From: Paraspadella gotoi | Taxonomy: Eukaryota > Animalia > Chaetognatha | Reading direction: 5' to 3' | NCBI GenBank assembly: GCA_051294375.1 | Contig: CM119271.1 | Coordinates: 14,824,770 to 14,888,769, forward strand | Length of the DNA stretch: 64,000 nt | Shown here: piece by piece, positions 11,485 through 21,940 of the stretch | Layout: each line of letters begins with the position of its first letter | How positions within the stretch are numbered: position 1 is the stretch's first letter | Program-made: the position numbers and the translations under genes | The notes under the pieces: model-generated | The model's input: the letters and a program-made list of their open reading frames with translations, nothing else | What the model was told of the DNA's origin: nothing | The model's database searches: none

Positions 11485-13015
11485 TCATTCTCCGCCCCCA
11501 ATCTCTTCTCCCTCCCTCTTAATCGTCCTCTCGGTCTCTCTCCTCTCCCTCTCCATCTCCCACTTCTTCCTCTTCTTCTCCACGGCGGCGTTGTAACGTC
11601 TCTTCTCGTTCTCGATATGCTCCTGAGTCCGCTTGTCCCGATGATACCCGTTCAACTGGAGATGCGTCCGAAGACACTCCGAGGAGACGAACTTCTCGCC
11701 GCAGATGCCGCAGGAGCAGGTGCCGGTGAGGGCGGCGTGGCGGGCGCGTTTGTGGGCCTCGAGGCTCGAACGGTCCTTCAAGAGAAGATTGCAGACGTCG
11801 CAGTGGAGTTTGAGGTGTTGCTGAAGGTCGAAGGTGTAGCTCTTGCAGAGGGTGCACTGGACGTCTTCGTGCCATGGAGGGTCGGGAGGAGGAAGGGAGG
11901 AATCTTCCATTTCCGGTTTTATCTTCGCGGATTTTTTATAAGTTTTCGTCGCTCTCGTCGTAGTCGTCGTCGTCGTCGTCGTCGGCGTCATCGTCATCTC
12001 CGACGGATAGCATCGTCTTTTGCGGACCCTGATGAGCGGACCCGGATGCGAAGACCCGGATGTAGGAACCCGGATATGAGAACCCGGATACGGCGGGAGT
12101 TCGGAAGAGGAGGACTGTGACTGGGAAGGGGACTGAGTCGACGGAACATTCCACGAGGCGGGAGAGGGCGTCATCGACGGGGAAGACTCTGGCTCCGACG
12201 ATTCGGAATACAACACGCGGACGAAAGGGTGGAAGGCGGAGTCGTGATCCTCGGATCCTTGGAGGATGACGAAAGGTTCCGACTCTTGCAACGCGTCCGG
12301 CGACGGAGTTGAGTCTTGAACAAAACCCTCTTGGAATTTCATTGAGCTGAGAGGGTGGAGATGTAGGCAATTAATTTAATGAATTAATACTATGCTATAT
12401 AGTATATACTATATAAAATACGCCTTTTTCAGTTTGAATAAACACCAACCTGCCGTCCAAGCATTGATTCTCTCCGTCGACGACTAGAACAAACTGCTGC
12501 TGCTGATGCTGTTCCTGATGCTGCGCTCCGCCGTCCGCCAGACCGACTAGAGACTGTTGTCCTTCCTCTGTCTCGATGAAGACTCTCTCCGGCCGAACGT
12601 CCTCGTCGACGCCGCCGCCTTCCAAATCGGCGCCGCCGACGACTTCGATCAAGTTCTCGGAGTCGCCTTCCACGACGACGATCTGCCGGTGCAGCGACGA
12701 CGAATTCTGCGTCGGCAGATCCTCCAGTCTCACCACGACGTACTCCGGCTCCGGAGGAAAGTAATTTTCTTCGTTCTCTCCCACGTTCGGGTCAGCCACG
12801 GCGCCTCCGTCGTCCTCGTCGGGCCACTCGAGGAGGCGCGGGGGAACGATCGTCGACGGCGCGATATTCTCGGAAGTGTCGGCGTCGCGACGCCGGCCCG
12901 CGAGTTCCTCCGACATCCGGTAGACGCGCAACTTGGCGGGGCCGACGGAGACGAGGCGACAATCGGCGTCGAAATCCTCGAAGTCGGCGGGAGAATCCTC
13001 CTCCTCCTCCGTCAT
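11485..13015 (-). CDS. C2H2 zinc-finger protein with acidic N-terminus, 2 exons (13015-12450, ~12346-11485)
   Basis: CTLC..HLKLHC, CDVC...HKRARH and CGICGEKF...LRTHLQLNGYH. The phase-2 junction AG|GTTGGT...ctcAG|C joins the two ORFs in frame. Confidence 0.75.
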
Positions 13016-13453
13016 CTTTCGAGTCTGGATTTCTTAGAAATGTTTTCGCGCTTGAATTTAAAAAGGAAGGAAAAAAAAAAGGGGGGGAATGGAGGACTGA
13101 GGATGGCGATTTGAGAAAATTCACCGACTTCGGTTTATCATCGATTTATCAACAATTAATCCCGCGATAGAATCTATGTTTTTAAATCATTTCGACTCGA
13201 TACATTTTCCCTTTTCGCCGCAATGGGGTTTTTTCTAACTTCGTTTTTTGGGGGAAAAAAAAACTTCCTCACCCCCCAAGAAAAACTAGGTCGGCCCTGG
13301 CATGAATAATAAACAAATTATTTGGGCAAAAGTTTGTAATCGTATCTCGATATAGAGAGTTGTGATAAATAGTACAATCGTAAGGCTACAGATCGCTACA
13401 ATCCGTTTTCTATGCAGTCAATTCGCAGGAGAGATGAGGGGGGGGTGTGCAGG

Positions 13454-14897
13454 TCAAAGATCCTCCCTGACCCCGAATCCGGGTCCCGTCGGCGGAGTAG
13501 TGAGGGTAGTGAACTCTCCGTGAGGCTCGCAGGCGTAGCGACCGGATCGCGGACCCGGTTCCGGCACTTTGCCGGATCTGAGGTCCTTGAGGATCTTTTT
13601 GATGTCTTCGGGTTTCAGGTCTTCGTAATATTCGTCGTTGATCTGTACCATGGGCGCGTTGACGCAGGCGCCGAGGCACTCCACCTGAGAAAATAGAATC
13701 CTTTAATCTTATTTACATATTGGCGTAATTTAAATAAATATCACAAAGTGATGTCGTCGTTCGTTTTATTTAGACCTTATTGATATTAATCAAAAAAAGA
13801 TTTTTTTAAAAATTTTACTCTTAAAAATTTTGAGGTTTGTAAAAGGTTTTAAACACAACTTGATCGAGGGTTTCCGAATTAATGAGGTCAATTCAAGTCA
13901 CGAGACTAGGAACTTAAAATTTTCGAAGGAAAAATTAGCGCAAATTTCCCTTTCCACTCTCTCGAGTTGTAAAAATGTTCTGATAATAACGAACCCAAAT
14001 TATTAGCTACTAAGAAGAACGAGACCTCGTGTAGCGTGAAAAGTCCGTCGGACGTCGTCTCCCCAACGTCGATGCACAACTCCTGCTTGATGGCGCACAT
14101 TATCTCGTCAGAGCCGCAGAGCCAGCAGGGCGTGGTGCCGCAGAGCTGGACGTGGTACTTGCCGATCGGATCGCGGTTGAACATGGTGTAGAAAGTGGCC
14201 ACTTCGTAGACGCGCATGCGAGGCATGTCGAGCAGGTCCGCCACGACGTGCATCGCGCTGGGAAGGCGATTGTGTGGAAGCGAGTCGTGAAGCGAGTGAA
14301 AAGAAAATTAAACATTGAAGAGACAGTAATTATTGATAAGTGTTAATGACAGAACCGTCTAATTATATAAGCAGTCCCTGAGCTTCGGATCAGGCTGTTA
14401 ACACCGTGTTACAGGCGGTTAAGCGCCCCGTCCCTCTTAACTGCCAGACGACCACCGGGCTAGAACCCCGGACCTTTGGGTTGGGAGGCGAATGACTTGC
14501 CTCCGGCACCAATGGCCGCTGATGAACGGTTGGCGGATTTTAGTCCACCATAACATCAAAAAAAGAAAGCGTGAGTGACACTTTCCTCTAAACTTTCTCA
14601 CGTGATGGGCAGCCAGCCTCCGTGCTGTCTCTGCGCGAGATCCAGAACGGGGATGAGGGCGGCGGTCTTGTGTCCCTCGGGATAATTGGACTTGATGGCC
14701 TCGATTCGCCGGAGATTCTCCTCGGTGAAGGAGAAGGGGACGCAGGAGTTGTTCTCAGGGGTGTCGCGGTGGACGAAGAGAGCATCGGCGGCGGCGGGGC
14801 GCGTTAGAGAAAAGGCGCGGGTCGGCAGGACGGGCGCACGTCGACGAGTCAGGGCGGCGCCGCGACGCAGCACCGTTAACGCTGAGGCGCTCAACAT
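13454..14897 (-). CDS. NDUFV2: NADH:ubiquinone oxidoreductase 24-kDa flavoprotein subunit 2, 3 exons
   Basis: Mitochondrial presequence, [82 protein letters not shown]. Confidence 0.98.
14341..14555 (-). mobile_element. 215-bp TG...CA element with an internal tRNA-like segment (NDUFV2 intron 1)
   Basis: Termini TGTTAT...TTAACA. Internal GCGGCCATTGGTGCC...GGTCCGGGGTTCTAGCCCGGTGGTCGT has acceptor-stem-like pairing and A/B-box-like motifs. No clean TSD. Confidence 0.6.
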
Positions 14898-15564
14898 CGT
14901 TTTTGTTTGTTTTTTTTAAATCTTAATACTTTTGTTTTTACGCGGAAAACGGATGAGGAAGCTCAGTGGGTGAGTCGGTCAATCAAAAACCATGAGGACT
15001 TTGATGATGCAAGAAAAAAAAAATGTTATTCATTTTATATAATTTAGTATTAAACAAATGGGTCAAAACAAAATATCGTCTTAATCGATTTTACAAATAA
15101 TTTTTGCACGTGAACGTGATTTTTTATGAAAAAAAAAACTAATCGGGAAACTGGAAGGACTAACACTAAAAAAGGGAAGATATTAGAATGTTGCTCGACC
15201 GATTCCATGGATTCCATAGACTCTGAAACTGATATCTTTAAGAAAACAAGGGAGCTTGATTAATGAAGATAATAATTTTCTAATTAATAGAATTAATTAA
15301 TTAATTAAACCCCACGAAATACTTCGTCGTAAAACGTCGCACGTCAGTCCTACCGACTCCATTCATAAATCGCAAACAAAATTAGACAAAGAATAAATAA
15401 ATTACAGCAATAACAGATTGCAACTAAGCTGGTAATCGACGCATAGTCAGAATTGCCTTTTTTTTTAAAAGGAGAAGAGCAATTCCACTAAATATTCGAT
15501 TTAAGACGAAACTGTTTTTAGCATTGAGACATTCAGTCAACTCAAATTCTCCTCATTCTCTTTT

Positions 15565-17077
15565 TCATCTCAAAAACGCCTCCCCGCCAGCGCCGCCGAA
15601 CAAGTCTCTATGACGCTTATTCAACCGCTTCTTGATACAGATTCCGAATGAGTCTCCGGCCGTCTTCCGCATGTAGGCCAACAACGTCCGTTTACTCTCC
15701 CTGTTTTCTTTCTTGATCATGAGGTGACCATAAGGGTGGATGTTTTCGAATTGGAGGACCCACTCCTCGTACTCTTGGAGGAAGTAGGCTCGGTGAGGAA
15801 GGTCGGGAGTTTCTTGGAGTCTGTCCAAGTATTTTTGGGAGAGGATTCGCCCGAATTCGTACATGCACGAGTTGAGGAAGCGGAATTCGTCCGAGTTGGT
15901 CCGTTCGAACCGATGGCCGGGAATTCTCTTCAGCGCTTCGATCTGGTTTGGAAATTGAAACGGTTGACTTTAAAATTGTCGATTAATAAACATCATTTAT
16001 TGAATTAATTACACTAACTTTAAGAGCGAAGTTGGAGTTCGGAGGAGCGACGCCGGGATGAGGAAGAATGGCGTCGCCGGAAGAGGAACGAGGAGAGAAT
16101 CGCCAGTTGGAGACGACGGCGTCGAGACGCTCGATGGGTGCGCGATTCGGCGTCGAGAAGGAAACGTCGTCGACGACGCCGTCCGCGTCAGTGTCAATTT
16201 TTATGGCGGGAATGTCGACGCCGCCGTTCGCTCCACCGACGTCGCCAGGGGCTTCGACCAAATCGACGACGTCCAAAGGGCGCCGCGCTGTCTTTGCCCG
16301 TTTCCAAGGGACCAAAGGGGCGTCGGCGGCGTCGGAAAAACGTTTACGGTCGCGGGAAATTCGGACCGGAAAGGATTCGTCCGTTTCTTCCGCCTCTGCG
16401 AACGCCGTCCTTTCTTTGACGCCCGAGATGCCGACTTCGACCTTGAAGGGAAAGAGAGATTTTGGTGGTTATTTCAAATTGTTATTTAAAATTGTTATTT
16501 AAAATGTAATAAACTAAGAAACTGTACATAAATTAGAAAGAGTCGTCACCTCTAAAGTTTATTAATTAACCGAAATGATTTTTTATGAATTTGTTCATTC
16601 ATTTCAGTAAAATGCTATCTTGCCCCTCACTTTACTAACGTGATAACGTTAGACAATAGACAATATACACGCTATACATCCTAATACCTTTTAAATTAGA
16701 AGATATTTCGATTTAAAAAAAATGTTCAAACAATCAAACCCGCCCGGCGCCCCACTCCCACAACCTCCAACTCGACGTCCCGTCCGACGCCGCCAACCGT
16801 CCCTCCAAATAAGCGTCGCAAAGATGACGCCGCCCTGCGAACCGACGTCCCTCGGGCGTCTCGAAGAGAACCAAGAGGCTGGCGTCGGTGAGGGCGGCCA
16901 TTTCATCGCCGCCTCCGTTAGGATCTTGAGGAAGGAGAGCTCCATGTTGTGGAGCTCGTTGACGACGCCAAGAGGCTGTGGGCCATGACTGGATTGTTTT
17001 TTTTTTATGGTATAATAACTGGAAACAAGATTTAAACCGCAAGTAATTCAACAGAGAGAGGAGAATTCAGCAACCAT
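15565..17077 (-). CDS. Orphan multi-exon gene of unknown function; start uncertain (ATG micro-exon at 17077 or ATG at 16901)
   Basis: Three GC-rich exons (~16987-16740, 16441-16019, 15942-15565) join in frame through phase-0 GT-AG junctions. No family recognised; the N-terminal WRRQ...VLFETPEGRRFAGRRHL..YL is weakly MBD-like. Confidence 0.65.
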
Positions 17078-17210
17078 TTGTTTAATTGTTAACTGAGAGA
17101 TATCGAGTCCAAAGTCGAGAAATAACGTAAAAATAACAACGAAAAACAACAATAACATTAAATCAAGGAAGCAACTGTCAACCGCCGAATCGCCTTCGCA
17201 TCCTCCAACA

Positions 17211-19206
17211 TCACGACGTGTCCATCTGCCCCACCTCCGCTCCCTCCTTCAACTCCGCCAACAATCGGTTGCAATGAGACCCCAACTGCTCCACGGCGAG
17301 TTTGAAGAGAACTTCGGGCGGGAGTTGCCCGATGCTCTCCACTCGAAAGATGAAGTGTCTCCGGATCTTCCTGAGACGGACGAGGTCTTTGAGGTCCTCG
17401 TGTCTCAACGCCTCCCGCGAGGAGTTGTCGAGGCGAGCGTTCTTGACCACGACGACTTTGGGTGAATCTGGATCAGCGGGGTCTTTGGGTGCAAGGCCGA
17501 GGACGCCCTTGGGGAAGCACTTTACGAGCCGCTTGGCCAGAGGACCGGCCGGGATCTCGCGGGTGAGTTCGAGGTGTGGCATGAGACGGTAGGAGGCAGT
17601 TCCGACCGGAGAGAATTTCGCGTGGTCTTTGCCAATCCCCTTTGGGGGAGGGAGACAAGAATAAACATAGATTTTTACGATTTTTAATAAAACCTTTTAT
17701 ATTATTACTAAATAAGGTTTAAAGGAAAAAAATTAGAAAGGAGGATGAAACCTTGCAGCAGTGAAGAATCATGTCGATTTCCTGTCCCGGTCGAAGGGTG
17801 GCGATGAGGATGTCGTCGTGCACGGGCTTCACTCCGCCGACGCCGAACTTCGTCTCTTGGTCGCCGAACGGGCGCCACTCCAAATATTTGGACGTCACCT
17901 TGTGATGCAAGTAAAGGTCATCCGCGTCCGTCGCATCCGCGTCCGCCGCTGATTAGTCGAGGGAAAAGCGAATACGTTATCAACGGAATGAACCAATCGA
18001 AACGACTTGCTCGGCCTCGTGACGTGATTGGTCGTCCTCTTTGCGAATCATCAGGCAGACTTGACTGCAATTTCAGACCGACCAATGGACGACAGACAGA
18101 CTGAGGGATCGATGGTTGGGATTCCAAAGAGAACTCATGGCAATTTTTTCAATATTCAACCGCAAGAAAAAATCCTTCAAATAAAAATTTAATATTCGTA
18201 ATCGTCTCCTTTGTCGATCACTATGTTTATTTCATCGTTCAATATATATATTTTTTGTAAACATAATACTTTATCTTCACAATACTAATCGTCTACGATG
18301 TGAAAACTGAAATATGGTTTTACTACAGGGTGAACCTCCTAACCAGGATTCTTAACGCATTTCACTTTGAGGTGAAAGACGAGAGTCGTATCTTCGACGG
18401 GCGCCTGGTCGGGATCGCCAAAGTCCTTGGCGGGCCACTCGAGGAGCCGAGGGTCGGCGAAGATGGGGACGAGGCCGAGACGATGCGCCAGGAACTCGTC
18501 GTGGATGATGGAAGTGTTGTTGTAGACAAAGACTTTCTCGATGGCGACGGCGGGGATCTCGGCGATGAGGATGCGGCGGAACGCGTTGGCGATGCTTCAA
18601 AAGAAAAGGGAGAAAACGGTTATTATCTCAATAAGAATATATTCAAGACCGCACACCCTAAAATTACTATCTGTTTGTCATGCTATACCAGAGTAGCTGT
18701 AGTTTCTTTTGAAATTTTAGACTGAGTTCCTTTCTATATTGTAGGAGATGATTATTTAATATGATTTTTAATGAGATTGAATTTCTCAATCTAATTTACA
18801 TATTGTAGTATTAAATCTAAATGTGTCCATTTTCATTTTGGATTTCAATATTGGTCATGTTTTTCGGTTTTTCAGCAGCAAAATAGAGTCTTTAGCAATG
18901 TTAATGATTAACATGAGTTAACTAATTAATTAATAATAATAATTTGGCACTTAAAGAGTTAACTTGCTCATATTTAGTGTTTCCATGCCACGATTCCCTC
19001 TTCCACCTGCAATCGATGTTGATGAGATCCAACTCCATCTCGTTTTCCTCGATCCGTTTCACTTGGATCTTCAAGTCTCTCTTGAAGGTTTCGAAATCCC
19101 AGGAGTCGTCGTATCCGTCCCACGTTCCTGGATAGTCCGTCCCGTGGGTGTTCTCCACCGAATACTCGGTCAGGTCCACGTAGTTGCGGATATCGGACAC
19201 CGGCAT
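17211..19206 (-). CDS. POLR1C: RNA polymerase I/III subunit RPAC1 (AC40), 4 exons
   Basis: [30 protein letters not shown]...[74 protein letters not shown]. Confidence 0.97.
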
Positions 19207-19484
19207 TTTTTGGGTTTTTTTTTTTTTGTTTATTATAAAAAGTAAACCTAAGTTTTCTCTAAAAGCTAAATCATCTGTTTTGTCGAAAAACGAAAACAAC
19301 CATAATTTATAACAAAGTAAAACGGGAACTTGGGTCTTCTTTGCTCGCAGAACAAATTTCCTTCAAGTGACTCAGTGAAACAAAACAACAATAACGCATT
19401 TATCAAACAAAATAAACGAATATTTTATCTTCACACAACAAGTTTTTCTCTTCCCTTTTTTCTCTCTCTCTCTCTCTCTCCGAA

Positions 19485-20580
19485 TCAAACGTCCGGCGCG
19501 TTTAGTCCCGGAATCAATCTTCCCTTCTTCGTCAGTCTCTTCAATTTCTTCGAAATCTTCTCGTCTTTTTTGGCGCGAATGTTCGTCGCGCGTTTCTGCT
19601 TCTTGGCCGCCATTTTCTCGTCCACTTCCTTCTCTCGCTTCTCCCACTTTTTCTTTCGTTGCTCTTTTATTTTTTCCTTTCGTTTGATGGACTTTTTGAG
19701 GAGGGCCTCGTCGTCTTTCACCTTGAGAGAGAGAGAGAGAGAGTTAGTTAACATAAATATATTTAATATTCATTATATATAATAAATTTTCCAGCATCAT
19801 TTTCTTTAATAGTTTAATTCGTGTATTCATCATCCCAATTTTCAACCCTCCCCCCTCATCATCCTAATTTCCAATCCTCCCCCTCCTCACCTTAACCCCC
19901 TTGGCCTTCATCATCATGTTCCCCCACGCCACCCTCTCCTCCATCTCCTCCCCTCCTTCTCGTCCTCCCGCTTCTTCTTCTTTATCTTCTCCTTTGTCTC
20001 CTCCAAAGTCTTCAAGTGTCTCGCAAAGTCTTTCCCATCTGCTTCTCTCTCTCCGTCGACGAGGCCGATTTTCCCGAAGAGATAATCCGACTCGTCGTCG
20101 TCTTTTTCGTCGTCGTCGTCGTCTTCGCCTCGTCCTCTTCTCCCCTTTCTCTTCCTCCTCCTTCGCCCCTTTGACCGCTTTATTCTTGGCGTCCTTCTTC
20201 GTCGAGCGTCCCTTCAACTCTGCCTTTCGTCTCTCCTTTTTGTCTTTCTTGTCGATCTTTTTCTTCTTGGATTTGGAAGCGGCGTCTGGGTCGCCGACTG
20301 CTGCTGCAGCGGCGGCGTTCTTTTTCATCCCCGCGGCGCCGCCGTTGGCAACTAGCGTCGTGTTTCTCTTCTTGACGAGAATCCTCTTAGAGCGAAACTG
20401 ATTCAAGGCGCGCCGGACGACGGCCTCAACTTCCTCGGGTTTGCACTCGACCGAAGCGGCGCTCTTTTTGGCGCCGGTTGTGGGTTCGGCGCCGGTTGTC
20501 GAGCCAGAGTCACCGAAAAAGTTTCTGAAGAAATCCTCTTGGATTCGAATGTCTTTTAAAATCTCTAACGTCGTTCCCAT
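19485..20580 (-). CDS. SURF6: Surfeit locus protein 6 (nucleolar), 2 exons; probable compensating indels in exon 1
   Basis: VAWGNMMMKAKGVK|VKDDEALLKKSIKRKEKIKEQRKKKWEKR...KKQKRATNI...PG is the SURF6 C-terminal domain. Confidence 0.88.
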
Positions 20581-20873
20581 TTTCGTTGGAGGGAATTTTT
20601 ATCTTTCTAGACGTTAAACGAGGCGAAAACGAAATAAAAACATTAAACCGTTATTTAAATTATTATTAAATAAAAAGTTTTTTTTTTATCTCGTAGATCA
20701 AAGCAACTGAGGGGGAATATAAGGGCGGAACAGACGATTCCACAAAATATATATATTAATTATTTATAACATGGATACTTCAGTGTAAAAGCTGTGTATA
20801 TAGTATACATATTTTTTTGAAGAAAAATAAAAGTTTTTTTTTAAAAGAAAAAGCTTCATCGAAGCTATACGAA

Positions 20874-20932
20874 TGACGTCATCGCAAACGGATGACGTCA
20901 CTCGACTGACGTCATCGCAAATAATGACGTCA
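20874..20932. promoter_or_regulatory. Cluster of four perfect CRE palindromes (TGACGTCA) ~300 bp upstream of the SURF6 ATG
   Basis: TGACGTCA at 20874, 20893, 20907 and 20925. Confidence 0.75.
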
Positions 20933-21940
20933 ATCGTTTTTGTTTCGATCTATTTTTGGACTTTTCGATCGGAAAACGAAATTCGGAGGAAATCATCGAT
21001 TTAAAAACGAAAACGATTCTTCGGTGTAAAATATAAATGCGTAGACCGAGAAAAAAAATAATATTAGTGAGTTAATATCTGGTGAAATTTCCAAACTCTT
21101 TTTTTTATGACTTTTCTGCTACACGAACTTCAAACGACACGCAAATTAAGCGCATAAGTTAAAAGGCTTTTAGCTTTTTCGAATTTGGAACCGCGAAGCT
21201 TAAGATTTACGAAGCTTTCGGATGCAGAAAAAAAAATTGGACGCATGAAACACGGAAACAAAAAAAAAATAAAAACCCAAAATTTGTTAAAATGCCTCAA
21301 AAAAATTGTTCAGTCACGCTAATTAGTAGTGTAAACTAGCGCAATATTTATTTAAACATGCCGATTAAAATTTCCCAACCCGGATTGTATATAATCATAG
21401 TTTACTATATAATCTATTATGTATCTTAATAGAACTGATGGCGAATCATATATCGTGCGGGAAAAGACAAATCACATATAAAACCAAGCGTAAGCAACGG
21501 AAAAACCGACAAACTCAGCTACCGAAAACCGCGTCCGCTTTCCTATCACTAATAATACTATTAGAAAAGCCTAAAAAGAAGGAGTATGAGCCAGGAGGAT
21601 GTCTTTTGCCTACGGGATTGAAATAAAAAAGGATAAACCGCGGGCGACGAAGTTGGTTGGTGAGTAATAAGAAGCCGCGTTCGGTACTCGGGTGTCCAAG
21701 CGGGGGAATATGGCGAAGAGGATTTGGAGGCGTGTCGCGAGTCATTGACTTGGGGCTCAAACCAATGCTGATGTATTCAAAGTTAAAAACTTTTTCCCCT
21801 CGCCCGAATCTTTAAATAACTTTTCAAGCAAAAGGCTAGAGGAAATCACAAATTGTTCCCCCACTCGTTTCCAAGGTTTGTGGTCATATGTGGATCCCGT
21901 GATTCTCATAACACACAAAACTTCCTTCCAAGGACGGAGT

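Noticed and set aside
14440-14525. Functional tRNA gene
   Set aside because: The anticodon and D arms do not pair properly, and the segment lies inside a TG...CA repeat element.
21515-21790. GC-richer tract downstream of EHBP1 as SECIS, ncRNA or alternative last exon
   Set aside because: No SECIS geometry and no convincing frame or family resemblance.
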